From Nemertoderma westbladi (lineage: Eukaryota > Animalia > Xenacoelomorpha), in the NCBI GenBank assembly GCA_032718475.1, contig JAUCBJ010004961.1:1-64000 (forward strand): DNA of 64,000 bases, given 5' to 3'. Below the pieces are notes generated by a model. That model was given only the letters and a program-made list of their open reading frames with translations, was not told the origin of the DNA and ran no database searches. Made by a program: the position numbers and the translations under genes. This document shows, one piece after another, positions 35,889-50,800 of this stretch (the first letter of the stretch is position 1; every line of letters starts with the position of its first letter).

Positions 35889-38800
35889 ACGGTGTAAGGC
35901 AGAGAGCAAATGGAAAACTCATTTCCCCACCCACGGTGTAAGGCACAGAGCAAATGGAAAACTCATTTCCCCACCCACGGTGTAAGCCGCAGAGCAAATG
36001 GAAAACTCATTTCCCCACCCACGGTGTAAGGCAGAGAGCAAATGGAAAACTCATTTCCCCACCCACGGTGTAAGGCACAGAGCAAATGGAAAACTCATTT
36101 CCCCACCCACGGTGTAAGGCACAGAGCAAATGGAAAACTCATTTCCCCACCCACGGTGTAAGGCGCAGAGCAAATGGAAAACTCATTTCCCCACCCACGG
36201 TGTAAGCCGCAGAGCAAATGGAAAACTCATTTCCCCACCCACGGTGTAAGGCACAGAGCAAATGGAAAACTCATTTCCCGACCCACGGTGTAAGGCACAG
36301 AGCAAATGGAAAACTCATTTCCCCACCCACGGTGTAAGGCACAGAGCAAATGGAAAACTCATTTCCCCACCCACGGTGTAAGGCACAGAGCAAATGGAAA
36401 ACTAATTTCACCACCCACGGTGTAAGGCAGAGAGCAAATGGAAAACTCATTTCCCCACCCACGGTGTAAGGCGCAGAGCAAAAGGAAAACTCATTTCCCA
36501 ACCCACGGTGTAAGGCGCAGAGCAAATGGAAAACTCATTTCCCCACCCACGGTGTAAGGCAGAGAGCAAATGGAAAACTCATTTCCCCACCCACGGTGTA
36601 AGGCGCAGAGCAAAAGGAAAACTCATTTCCCAACCCACGGTGTAAGGCGCAGAGCAAATGGAAAACTAATTTCCCCACCCACGGTGTAAGGCACAGAGCA
36701 AATGGAAAACTCATTTCCCCACCCACGGTGTAAGGCAGAGAGCAAATGGAAAACTAATTTCCCCACCCACGGTGTAAGGCGCAGAGCAAATGGAAAACTC
36801 ATTTCCCCACCCACGGTGTAAGGCGCAGAGCAAATGGAAAACTCATTTCCCCACCCATGGTGTAAGGCAGAGAGCAAATGGAAAACTCATTTCCCCACCC
36901 ACGGTGTAAGGCACAGAGCAAATGGAAAACTCATTTCCCCACCCACGGTGTAAGGCACAGAGCAAATGGAAAACTCATTTCCCCACCCACGGTGTAAGGC
37001 AGAGAGCAAATGGAAAACTAATTTCCCCACCCACGGTGTAAGGCACAGAGCAAATGGAAAACTCATTTCCCCACCCACGGTGTAAGGCACAGAGCAAATG
37101 GAAAACTCATTTCCCCACCCACGGTGTAAGCCGCAGAGCAAATGGAAAACTCATTTCCCCACCCACGGTGTAAGCCGCAGAGCAAATGGAAAACTAATTT
37201 CCCCACCCACGGTGTAAGCCGCAGAGCAAATGGAAAACTCATTTCCCCACCCACGGTCTAAGGCACAGAGCAAATGGAAAACTCATTTCCCCACCCACGG
37301 TGTAAGCCGCAGAGCAAATGGAAAACTCATTTCCCCACCCACGGTCTAAGGCACAGAGCAAATGGAAAACTCATTTCCCCACCCACGGTGTAAGGCACAG
37401 AGCAAATAGAAAACTCATTTCCCCACCCACGGTGTAAGCCGCAGAGCAAATGGAAAACTCATTTCCCCACCCACGGTCTAAGGCACAGAGCAAATGGAAA
37501 ACTCATTTCCCCACCCACGGTGTAAGCCGCAGAGCAAATGGAAAACTCATTTCCCCACCCACGGTGTAAGGCACAGAGCAAATGGAAAACTCATTTCCCC
37601 ACCCACGGTGTAAGCCGCAGAGCAAATGGAAAACTCATTTCCCCACCCACGGTCTAAGGCACAGAGCAAATGGAAAACTCATTTCCCCACCCACGGTGTA
37701 AGCCGCAGAGCAAATGGAAAACTCATTTCCCCACCCACGGTCTAAGGCACAGAGCAAATGGAAAACTCATTTCCCCACCCACGGTGTAAGCCGCAGAGCA
37801 AATGGAAAACTCATTTCCCCACCCACGGTGTAAGGCACAGAGCAAATGGAAAACTCATTTCCCCACCCACGGTGTAAGCCGCAGAGCAAATGGAAAACTA
37901 ATTTCCCCACCCACGGTGTAAGGCGCAGAGCAAAAGGAAAACTCATTTCCCCACCCACGGTGTAAGGCAGAGAGCAAATAGAAAACTCATTTCCCCACCC
38001 ACGGTGTGAGGCACAGAGCAAATGGAAAACTAATTTCCCCACCCACGGTCTAAGGCACAGAGCAAATGGAAAACTCATTTCCCCACCCACGGTGTAAGGC
38101 AGAGAGCAAATAGAAAACTCATTTCCCCACCCACGGTGTAAGGCACAGAGCAAATGGAAAACTCATTTCCCCACCCACGGTGTAAGCCGCAGAGCAAATG
38201 GAAAACTCATTTCCCCACCCACGGTCTAAGGCACAGAGCAAATGGAAAACTCATTTCCCCACCCACGGTGTAAGCCGCAGAGCAAATGGAAAACTCATTT
38301 CCCCACCCACGGTGTAAGGCACAGAGCAAATGGAAAACTCATTTCCCCACCCACGGTGTAAGCCGCAGAGCAAATGGAAAACTCATTTCCCCACCCACGG
38401 TGTAAGGCAGAGAGCAAATGGAAAACTCATTTCCCCACCCACGGTGTAAGGCACAGAGCAAATGGAAAACTCATTTCCCCACCCACGGTGTAAGGCACAG
38501 AGCAAATGGAAAACTAATTTCCCCACCCACGGTGTAAGGCACAGAGCAAATGGAAAACTAATTTCCCCACCCACGGTGTAAGGCACAGAGCAAATGGAAA
38601 ACTAATTTTCCCACCCACGGTGTAAGGCGCAGAGCAAAAGGAAAACTCATTTCCCCACCCATGGTGTAAGGCACAGAGCAAATGGAAAACTAATTTCCCC
38701 ACCCACGGTGTAAGGCACAGAGCAAATGGAAAACTAATTTCCCCACCCACGGTGTAAGGCACAGAGCAAATGGAAAACTAATTTTCCCACCCACGGTGTA

Positions 38801-41800
38801 AGGCACAGAGCAAATGGAAAACTAATTTCCCCACCCACGGTGTAAGGCACAGAGCAAATAGAAAACTAATTTCCCCACCCACGGTGTAAGGCGCAGAGCA
38901 AATGGAAAACTCATTTCACCACCCACGGTGTAAGGCACAGAGCAAATGGAAAACTCATTTCCCGACCCACGGTGTAAGGCGCAGAGCAAAAGGAAAACTC
39001 ATTTCCCCACCCACGGTGTAAGGCAGAGAGCAAATGGAAAACTCATTTCCCGACCCACGGTGTAAGCCGCAGAGCAAATGGAAAACTAATTTTCCCACCC
39101 ACGGTGTAAGGCGCAGAGCAAAAGGAAAACTCATTTCCCCACCCATGGTGTAAGGCACAGAGCAAATGGAAAACTAATTTCCCCACCCACGGTGTAAGGC
39201 ACAGAGCAAATGGAAAACTCATTTCCCCACCCACGGTGTAAGGCACAGAGCAAATGGAAAACTAATTTCCCCACCCACGGTCTAAGGCACAGAGCAAATG
39301 GAAAACTAATTTCCCCACCCACGGTGTAAGGCACAGAGCAAATGGAAAACTAATTTTCCCACCCACGGTGTAAGGCACAGAGCAAATGGAAAACTAATTT
39401 CCCCACCCACGGTCTAAGGCACAGAGCAAATGGAAAACTCATTTCCCCACCCACGGTCTAAGGCACAGAGCAAATGGAAAACTCATTTCCCCACCCACGG
39501 TGTAAGGCACAGAGCAAATAGAAAACTCATTTCCCCACCCACGGTGTAAGCCGCAGAGCAAATGGAAAACTAATTTCCCCACCCACGGTCTAAGGCACAG
39601 AGCAAATGGAAAACTCATTTCCCCACCCACGGTGTAAGCCGCAGAGCAAATGGAAAACTAATTTCCCCACCCACGGTCTAAGGCACAGAGCAAATGGAAA
39701 ACTCATTTCCCCACCCACGGTCTAAGGCACAGAGCAAATGGAAAACTCATTTCCCCACCCACGGTGTAAGCCGCAGAGCAAATGGAAAACTAATTTCCCC
39801 ACCCACGGTCTAAGGCACAGAGCAAATGGAAAACTCATTTCCCCACCCACGGTGTAAGCCGCAGAGCAAATGGAAAACTAATTTCCCCACCCACGGTCTA
39901 AGGCACAGAGCAAATGGAAAACTCATTTCCCCACCCACGGTCTAAGGCACAGAGCAAATGGAAAACTCATTTCCCCACCCACGGTGTAAGCCGCAGAGCA
40001 AATGGAAAACTCATTTCCCGACCCACGGTGTAAGGCACAGAGCAAATGGAAAACTCATTTCCCCACCCACGGTGTAAGCCGCAGAGCAAATGGAAAACTC
40101 ATTTCCCCACCCACGGTGTAAGGCACAGAGCAAATGGAAAACTCATTTCCCCACCCACGGTGTAAGCCGCAGAGCAAATGGAAAACTAATTTCCCCACCC
40201 ACGGTCTAAGGCACAGAGCAAATGGAAAACTCATTTCCCCACCCACGGTCTAAGGCACAGAGCAAATGGAAAACTCATTTCCCCACCCACGGTCTAAGGC
40301 ACAGAGCAAATGGAAAACTCATTTCCCCACCCACGGTCTAAGGCACAGAGCAAATGGAAAACTCATTTCCCCACCCACGGTGTAAGCCGCAGAGCAAATG
40401 GAAAACTAATTTCCCCACCCACGGTCTAAGGCACAGAGCAAATGGAAAACTCATTTCCCCACCCACGGTCTAAGGCACAGAGCAAATGGAAAACTCATTT
40501 CCCCACCCACGGTGTAAGCCGCAGAGCAAATGGAAAACTCATTTCCCCACCCACGGTGTAAGCCGCAGAGCAAATGGAAAACTCATTTCCCCACCCACGG
40601 TGTAAGGCACAGAGCAAATGGAAAACTCATTTCCCCACCCACGGTCTAAGGCACAGAGCAAATGGAAAACTCATTTCCCCACCCACGGTGTAAGCCGCAG
40701 AGCAAATGGAAAACTCATTTCCCCACCCACGATGTAAGGCACAGAGCAAATGGAAAACTCATTTCCCCACCCACGGTGTAAGCCGCAGAGCAAATGGAAA
40801 ACTCATTTCCCCACCCACGGTGTAAGGCACAGAGCAAATGGAAAACTCATTTCCCCACCCACGGTGTAAGCCGCAGAGCAAATGGAAAACTCATTTCCCC
40901 ACCCACGGTGTAAGCCGCAGAGCAAATGGAAAACTCATTTCCCCACCCACGGTGTAAGGCACAGAGCAAATGGAAAACTCATTTCCCCACCCACGGTGTA
41001 AGGCACAGAGCAAATGGAAAACTCATTTCCCCACCCACGGTGTAAGCCGCAGAGCAAATGGAAAACTAATTTCCCCACCCACGGTCTAAGGCACAGAGCA
41101 AATGGAAAACTCATTTCCCCACCCACGGTGTGAGGCACAGAGCAAATGGAAAACTAATTTCCCCACCCACGGTCTAAGGCACAGAGCAAATGGAAAACTA
41201 ATTTCCCCACCCACGGTCTAAGGCACAGAGCAAATGGAAAACTCATTTCCCCACCCACGATGTAAGGCACAGAGCAAATGGAAAACTCATTTCCCCACCC
41301 ACGGTGTAAGCCGCAGAGCAAATGGAAAACTCATTTCCCCACCCACGGTGTAAGGCACAGAGCAAATGGAAAACTCATTTCCCCACCCACGGTGTAAGGC
41401 ACAGAGCAAATGGAAAACTCATTTCCCCACCCACGGTGTAAGCCGCAGAGCAAATGGAAAACTAATTTCCCCACCCACGGTCTAAGGCACAGAGCAAATG
41501 GAAAACTCATTTCCCCACCCACGGTGTAAGGCACAGAGCAAATAGAAAACTAATTTCCCCACCCACGGTGTAAGGCGCAGAGCAAATGGAAAACTCATTT
41601 CCCCACCCACGGTGTAAGGCACAGAGCAAATAGAAAACTCATTTCCCCACCCACGGTGTAAGGCACAGAGCAAATAGAAAACTAATTTCCCCACCCACGG
41701 TGTAAGGCGCAGAGCAAATGGAAAACTCATTTCCCCACCCACGGTGTAAGGCACAGAGCAAATGGAAAACTAATTTCCCCACCCACGGTCTAAGGCAGAG

Positions 41801-44800
41801 AGCAAATGGAAAACTCATTTCCCCACCCACGGTGTAAGGCACAGAGCAAATGGAAAACTCATTTCCTCACCCATGGTGTAAGGCAGAGAGCAAATGGAAA
41901 ACTCATTTCCCGACCCACGGTGTAAGCCGCAGAGCAAATGGAAAACTAATTTCCCCACCCACGGTCTAAGGCACAGAGCAAATGGAAAACTAATTTCCCG
42001 ACCCACGGTGTAAGGCACAGAGCAAATGGAAAACTCATTTCCCCACCCACGGTCTAAGGCACAGAGCAAATGGAAAACTCATTTCCCCACCCACGGTGTA
42101 AGCCGCAGAGCAAATGGAAAACTAATTTCCCCACCCACGGTCTAAGGCACAGAGCAAATGGAAAACTCATTTCCCCACCCACGGTGTAAGGCACAGAGCA
42201 AATGGAAAACTCATTTCCCCACCCACGGTGTAAGCCGCAGAGCAAATGGAAAACTAATTTCCCCACCCACGGTCTAAGGCACAGAGCAAATGGAAAACTC
42301 ATTGCCCTACCCACGGTGAAGCCGCAGAGCAAATGGAAAACTCATTTCCCCACCCACGGTGTAAGCCGCAGAGCAAATGGAAAACTCATTTCCCCACCCA
42401 CGGTGTAAGGCACAGAGCAAATGGAAAACTCATTTCCCCACCCACGGTGTAAGGCACAGAGCAAATGGAAAACTCATTTCCCACCCACGGTCTAAGGCAC
42501 AGAGCAAATGGAAAACTAATTTCCCCACCCACGGTCTAAGGCACAGAGCAAATGGAAAACTCATTTCCCCACCCACGGTGTAAGGCACAGAGCAAATGGA
42601 AAACTCATTTCCCCACCCACGGTGTAAGCCGCAGAGCAAATGGAAAACTAATTTCCCCACCCACGGTCTAAGGCACAGAGCAAATGGAAAACTCATTTCC
42701 CCACCCACGGTCTAAGGCACAGAGCAAATGGAAAACTCATTTCCCCACCCACGGTGTAAGCCGCAGAGCAAATGGAAAACTAATTTCCCCACCCACGGTC
42801 TAAGGCACAGAGCAAATGGAAAACTCATTTCCCCACCCACGGTCTAAGGCACAGAGCAAATGGAAAACTCATTTCCCCACCCACGGTGTAAGGCACAGAG
42901 CAAATGGAAAACTCATTTCCCCACCCACGGTGTAAGGCACAGAGCAAATGGAAAACTCATTTCCCACCCACGGTCTAAGGCACAGAGCAAATGGAAAACT
43001 AATTTCCCCACCCACGGTGTAAGGCACAGAGCAAATGGAAAACTCATTTCCCCACCCACGGTGTAAGCCGCAGAGCAAATGGAAAACTAATTTCCCCACC
43101 CACGGTCTAAGGCACAGAGCAAATGGAAAACTCATTTCCCCACCCACGGTCTAAGGCACAGAGCAAATGGAAAACTCATTTCCCCACCCACGGTGTAAGC
43201 CGCAGAGCAAATGGAAAACTAATTTCCCCACCCACGGTCTAAGGCACAGAGCAAATGGAAAACTCATTTCCCCACCCACGGTCTAAGGCACAGAGCAAAT
43301 GGAAAACTCATTTCCCCACCCACGGTGTAAGCCGCAGAGCAAATGGAAAACTAATTTCCCCACCCACGGTCTAAGGCACAGAGCAAATGGAAAACTCATT
43401 TCCCCACCCACGGTCTAAGGCACAGAGCAAATGGAAAACTCATTTCCCCACCCACGGTCTAAGGCACAGAGCAAATGGAAAACTCATTTCCCCACCCACG
43501 GTGTGAGGCACAGAGCAAATGGAAAACTAATTTCCCCACCCACGGTGTAAGGCACAGAGCAAATGGAAAACTCATTTCCCCACCCACGGTGTGAGGCACA
43601 GAGCAAATGGAAAACTCATTTCCCCACCCACGGTGTAAGGCACAGAGCAAATGGAAAACTCATTTCCCCACCCACGGTGTAAGGCACAGAGCAAATGGAA
43701 AACTCATTTCCCCACCCACGGTGTAAGGCACAGAGCAAATGGAAAACTCATTTCCCCACCCACGGTGTAAGGCACAGAGCAAATGGAAAACTAATTTCCC
43801 CACCCACGGTCTAAGGCACAGAGCAAATGGAAAACTCATTTCCCCACCCACGGTCTAAGGCACAGAGCAAATGGAAAACTCATTTCCCCACCCACGGTGT
43901 GAGGCACAGAGCAAATGGAAAACTAATTTCCCCACCCACGGTGTAAGGCACAGAGCAAATGGAAAACTCATTTCCCCACCCACGGTGTGAGGCACAGAGC
44001 AAATGGAAAACTCATTTCCCCACCCACGGTGTAAGGCACAGAGCAAATGGAAAACTCATTTCCCCACCCACGGTGTAAGGCACAGAGCAAATGGAAAACT
44101 CATTTCCCCACCCACGGTGTAAGGCACAGAGCAAATGGAAAACTCATTTCCCCACCCACGGTGTAAGGCACAGAGCAAATGGAAAACTAATTTCCCCACC
44201 CACGGTCTAAGGCACAGAGCAAATGGAAAACTCATTTCCCCACCCACGGTCTAAGGCACAGAGCAAATGGAAAACTCATTTCCCCACCCACGGTGTGAGG
44301 CACAGAGCAAATGGAAAACTCATTTCCCCACCCACGGTGTGAGGCACAGAGCAAATGGAAAACTCATTTCCCCACCCACGGTCTAAGGCACAGAGCAAAT
44401 GGAAAACTCATTTCCCCACCCACGGTGTGAGGCACAGAGCAAATGGAAAACTAATTTCCCCACCCACGGTGTAAGGCACAGAGCAAATGGAAAACTCATT
44501 TCCCCACCCACGGTCTAAGGCACAGAGCAAATGGAAAACTCATTTCCCCACCCACGGTCTAAGGCACAGAGCAAATGGAAAACTAATTTCCCCACCCACG
44601 GTGTAAGCCGCAGAGCAAATGGAAAACTTATTTCCCCACCCACGGTGTAAGGCGCAGAGCAAATGGAAAACTCATTTCCCGACCCACGGTGTAAGGCGCA
44701 GAGCAAAAGGAAAACTCATTTCCCACCCACGGTGTAAGGCACAGAGCAAATGGAAAACTCATTTCCCCACCCACGGTCTAAGGCACAGAGCAAATGGAAA

Positions 44801-47800
44801 ACTAATTTCCCCACCCACGGTGTAAGCCGCAGAGCAAATGGAAAACTCATTTCACCACCCACGGTGTAAGGCACAGAGCAAATGGAAAACTCATTTCCCC
44901 ACCCACGGTGTAAGCCGCAGAGCAAATGGAAAACTCATTTCCCCACCCACGGTGTAAGGCACAGAGCAAATAGAAAACTAATTTCCCCACCCACGGTGTA
45001 AGCCGCAGAGCAAATGGAAAACTCATTTCCCCACCCACGGTGTAAGGCACAGAGCAAATGGAAAACTCATTTCCCCACCCACGGTGTAAGGCACAGAGCA
45101 AATAGAAAACTAATTTCCCCACCCACGGTGTAAGGCACAGAGCAAATGGAAAACTCATTTCCCCACCCACGGTGTAAGGCGCAGAGCAAATGGAAAACTC
45201 ATTTCCCCACCCACGGTGTAAGCCGCAGAGCAAAAGGAAAACTCATTTCCCGACCCACGGTGTTAGGCAGAGAGCAAATGGAAAACTAATTGCCCCACCC
45301 ACGGTGTAAGGCAGAGAGCAAATGGAAAACTAATTGCCCCACCCACGGTGTAAGGCACAGAGCAAATGGAAAACTAATTTCCCCACCCACGGTGTAAGGC
45401 GCAGAGCAAATGGAAAACTCATTTCCCCACCCACGGTGTAAGGCACAGAGCAAATAGAAAACTAATTTCCCCACCCACGGTGTAAGGCGCAGAGCAAATG
45501 GAAAACTCATTTCCCCACCCACGGTCTAAGACACAGAGCAAATGGAAAACTCATTTCCCCACCCACGGTGTGAGGCACAGAGCAAATGGAAAACTAATTT
45601 CCCCACCCACGGTGTAAGGCACAGAGCAAATAGAAAACTAATTTCCCCACCCACGGTGTAAGGCGCAGAGCAAATGGAAAACTCATTTCCCCACCCACGG
45701 TCTAAGACACAGAGCAAATGGAAAACTCATTTCCCCACCCACGGTGTGAGGCACAGAGCAAATGGAAAACTAATTTCCCCACCCACGGTGTAAGGCACAG
45801 AGCAAATAGAAAACTAATTTCCCCACCCACGGTGTAAGGCGCAGAGCAAATGGAAAACTCATTTCCCCACCCACGGTCTAAGACACAGAGCAAATGGAAA
45901 ACTCATTTCCCCACCCACGGTGTGAGGCACAGAGCAAATGGAAAACTAATTTCCCCACCCACGGTGTAAGGCACAGAGCAAATAGAAAACTAATTTCCCC
46001 ACCCACGGTGTAAGGCACAGAGCAAATGGAAAACTCATTTCCCCACCCACGGTCTAAGGCACAGAGCAAATGGAAAACTCATTTCCCACCCACGGTGTAA
46101 GGCACAGAGCAAATGGAAAACTCATTTCCCCACCCACGGTGTAAGCCGCAGAGCAAATGGAAAACTAATTTCCCCACCCACGGTGTAAGGCACAGAGCAA
46201 ATGGAAAACTCATTTCCCACCCACGGTGTAAGGCACAGAGCAAATGGAAAACTCATTTCCCACCCACGGTGTAAGGCACAGAGCAAATGGAAAACTCATT
46301 TCCCCACCCACGGTGTAAGCCGCAGAGCAAATGGAAAACTAATTTCCCCACCCACGGTCTAAGGCACAGAGCAAATGGAAAACTCATTTCCCCACCCACG
46401 GTCTAAGGCACAGAGCAAATGGAAAACTCATTTCCCCACCCACGGTCTAAGGCACAGAGCAAATGGAAAACTCATTTCCCCACCCACGGTGTGAGGCACA
46501 GAGCAAATGGAAAACTAATTTCCCCACCCACGGTCTAAGCCACAGAGCAAATGGAAAACTCATTTCCCCACCCACGGTGTAAGGCACAGAGCAAATGGAA
46601 AACTAATTTCCCCACCCACGGTGTAAGGCACAGAGCAAATGGAAAACTCATTTCCCCACCCACGGTGTAAGGCACAGAGCAAATGGAAAACTAATTTCCC
46701 CACCCACGGTGTAAGGCGCAGAGCAAATGGAAAACTCATTTCCCCACCCACGGTGTAAGCCGCAGAGCAAATGGAAAACTCATTTCCCCACCCACGGTGT
46801 AAGGCGCAGAGCAAATGGAAAACTCATTTCCCCACCCACGGTGTAAGGCGCAGAGCAAATGGAAAACTAATTTCCCCACCCACGGTCTAAGGCACAGAGC
46901 AAATGGAAAACTCATTTCCCCACCCACGGTCTAAGGCACAGAGCAAATGGAAAACTCATTTCCCCACCCACGGTCTAAGGCACAGAGCAAATGGAAAACT
47001 CATTTCCCCACCCACGGTGTGAGGCACAGAGCAAATGGAAAACTAATTTCCCCACCCACGGTCTAAGCCACAGAGCAAATGGAAAACTCATTTCCCCACC
47101 CACGGTGTAAGGCACAGAGCAAATGGAAAACTAATTTCCCCACCCACGGTGTAAGGCACAGAGCAAATGGAAAACTCATTTCCCCACCCACGGTGTAAGG
47201 CACAGAGCAAATGGAAAACTAATTTCCCCACCCACGGTGTAAGGCGCAGAGCAAATGGAAAACTCATTTCCCCACCCACGGTGTAAGCCGCAGAGCAAAT
47301 GGAAAACTCATTTCCCCACCCACGGTGTAAGGCGCAGAGCAAATGGAAAACTCATTTCCCCACCCACGGTGTAAGGCACAGAGCAAATGGAAAACTAATT
47401 TCCCCACCCACGGTGTAAGGCACAGAGCAAATGGAAAACTCATTTCCCCACCCACGGTGTAAGGCACAGAGCAAATGGAAAACTAATTTCCCCACCCACG
47501 GTGTAAGGCGCAGAGCAAATGGAAAACTCATTTCCCCACCCACGGTGTAAGCCGCAGAGCAAATGGAAAACTCATTTCCCCACCCACGGTGTAAGGCGCA
47601 GAGCAAATGGAAAACTCATTTCCCCACCCACGGTGTAAGCCGCAGAGCAAATGGAAAACTTATTTCCCCACCCACGGTGTAAGGCACAGAGCAAATGGAA
47701 AACTCATTTCCCCACCCACGGTGTAAGCCGCAGAGCAAATGGAAAACTCATTTCCCCACCCACGGTGTAAGGCGCAGAGCAAATGGAAAACTCATTTCCC

Positions 47801-50800
47801 CACCCACGGTGTAAGGCGCAGAGCAAATGGAAAACTCATTTCCCCACCCACGGTGTAAGGCACAGAGCAAATGGAAAACTAATTTCCCCACCCACGGTGT
47901 AAGGCGCAGAGCAAATGGAAAACTCATTTCCCCACCCACGGTGTAAGGCGCAGAGCAAATGGAAAACTCATTTCCCCACCCACGGTGTAAGGCGCAGAGC
48001 AAATGGAAAACTCATTTCCCCACCCACGGTGTAAGGCACAGAGCAAATGGAAAACTAATTTCCCCACCCACGGTGTAAGGCGCAGAGCAAATGGAAAACT
48101 CATTTCCCCACCCACGGTGTAAGGCGCAGAGCAAATGGAAAACTCATTTCCCCACCCACGGTGTAAGGCGCAGAGCAAATGGAAAACTCATTTCCCCACC
48201 CACGGTGTAAGGCGCAGAGCAAATGGAAAACTCATTTCCCCACCCACGGTGTAAGGCACAGAGCAAATGGAAAACTAATTTCCCCACCCACGGTGTAAGG
48301 CGCAGAGCAAATGGAAAACTCATTTCCCCACCCACGGTGTAAGGCGCAGAGCAAATGGAAAACTCATTTCCCCACCCACGGTGTAAGGCACAGAGCAAAT
48401 AGAAAACTAATTTCCCCACCCACGGTGTAAGGCGCAGAGCAAATGGAAAACTCATTTCCCCACCCACGGTCTAAGACACAGAGCAAATGGAAAACTCATT
48501 TCCCCACCCACGGTGTGAGGCACAGAGCAAATGGAAAACTAATTTCCCCACCCACGGTGTAAGGCAGAGAGCAAATGGAAAACTCATTTCCCCACCCACG
48601 GTGTAAGGCACAGAGCAAATGGAAAACTAATTTCCCCACCCACGGTCTAAGGCACAGAGCAAATGGAAAACTCATTTCCCCACCCACGGTGTAAGCCGCA
48701 GAGCAAATGGAAAACTCATTTCCCCACCCACGGTGTAAGGCACAGAGCAAATGGAAAACTCATTTCCCCACCCACGGTGTAAGCCGCAGAGCAAATGGAA
48801 AACTCATTGCCCCACCCACGGTGTAAGGCACAGAGCAAATGGAAAACTCATTTCCCCACCCACGGTGTAAGGCACAGAGCAAATGGAAAACTAATTTCCC
48901 CACCCACGGTCTAAGGCAGAGAGCAAATGGAAAACTCATTTCCCCACCCACGGTGTAAGCCGCAGAGCAAATGGAAAACTCATTTCCCCACCCACGGTGT
49001 AAGGCACAGAGCAAATGGAAAACTCATTTCCCCACCCACGGTGTAAGGCACAGAGCAAATGGAAAACTAATTTCCCCACCCACGGTCTAAGGCAGAGAGC
49101 AAATGGAAAACTCATTTCCCCACCCACGGTGTAAGGCACAGAGCAAATGGAAAACTAATTTCCCCACCCACGGTCTAAGGCACAGAGCAAATGGAAAACT
49201 CATTTCCCCACCCACGGTGTAAGGCACAGAGCAAATGGAAAACTAATTTCCCCACCCACGGTCTAAGGCACAGAGCAAATGGAAAACTCATTTCCCCACC
49301 CACGGTGTAAGGCACAGAGCAAATGGAAAACTCATTTCCCCACCCACGGTGTAAGCCGCAGAGCAAATGGAAAACTCATTGCCCCACCCACGGTGTAAGG
49401 CACAGAGCAAATGGAAAACTCATTTCCCCACCCACGGTGTAAGGCACAGAGCAAATGGAAAACTAATTTCCCCACCCACGGTCTAAGGCAGAGAGCAAAT
49501 GGAAAACTCATTTCCCCACCCACGGTGTAAGGCAGAGAGCAAATGGAAAACTCATTTCCCCACCCACGGTGTAAGGCACAGAGCAAATGGAAAACTAATT
49601 TCCCCACCCACGGTCTAAGGCACAGAGCAAATGGAAAACTCATTTCCCCACCCACGGTGTAAGGCACAGAGCAAATGGAAAACTCATTTCCCCACCCACG
49701 GTCTAAGGCACAGAGCAAATGGAAAACTCATTTCCCCACCCACGGTCTAAGGCACAGAGCAAATGGAAAACTCATTTCCCCACCCACGGTGTAAGGAAAT
49801 GAGCAAATGGAAAACTCATTTCCCCACCCACGGTGTAAGGCACAGAGCAAATGGAAAACTCATTTCCCCACCCACGGTGTAAGGCACAGAGCAAATGGAA
49901 AACTCATTTCCCCACCCACGGTGTATAAGGCACAGAGCAAATGGAAAACTCATTTCCCCACCCACGGTGTGAGGCACAGAGCAAATGGAAAACTCATTTC
50001 CCCACCCACGGTGTAAGCCGCAGAGCAAATGGAAAACTCATTTCCCCACCCACGGTGTAAGGCACAGAGCAAATGGAAAACTAATTTCCCCACCCACGGT
50101 CTAAGGCACAGAGCAAATGGAAAACTCATTTCCCCACCCACGGTCTAAGGCACAGAGCAAATGGAAAACTCATTTCCCCACCCACGGTCTAAGGCACAGA
50201 GCAAATGGAAAACTCATTTCCCCACCCACGGTGTAAGGCACAGAGCAAATGGAAAACTCATTTCCCCACCCACGGTCTAAGGCACAGAGCAAATGGAAAA
50301 CTCATTTCCCCACCCACGGTGTAAGGCACAGAGCAAATGGAAAACTCATTTCCCCACCCACGGTCTAAGGCACAGAGCAAATGGAAAACTCATTTCCCGA
50401 CCCACGGTGTAAGGCACAGAGCAAATGGAAAACTCATTTCCCCACCCACGGTCTAAGGCACAGAGCAAATGGAAAACTCATTTCACCACCCACGGTGTAA
50501 GCCGCAGAGCAAATGGAAAACTAATTTCCCCACCCACGGTGTAAGGCACAGAGCAAATGGAAAACTCATTTCCCCACCCACGGTGTAAGGCACAGAGCAA
50601 ATGGAAAACTCATTTCCCCACCCACGGTGTAAGCCGCAGAGCAAATGGAAAACTCATTTCCCCACCCACGGTGTAAGGCGCAGAGCAAATGGAAAACTCA
50701 TTTCCCCACCCACGGTCTAAGGCACAGAGCAAATGGAAAACTCATTTCCCCACCCACGGTGTAAGGCACAGAGCAAATGGAAAACTCATTTCCCCACCCA

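Noticed and set aside
35889-35909. Satellite-supplied start for the RT ORF (MLSALHR), suggesting a satellite-RT fusion protein or retron/DGR-like system
   Set aside because: The start is a TTG in the satellite and in-frame by chance. The RT is a 5'-truncated LINE lacking its N-terminal subdomains, so it cannot be what amplifies or diversifies the array.
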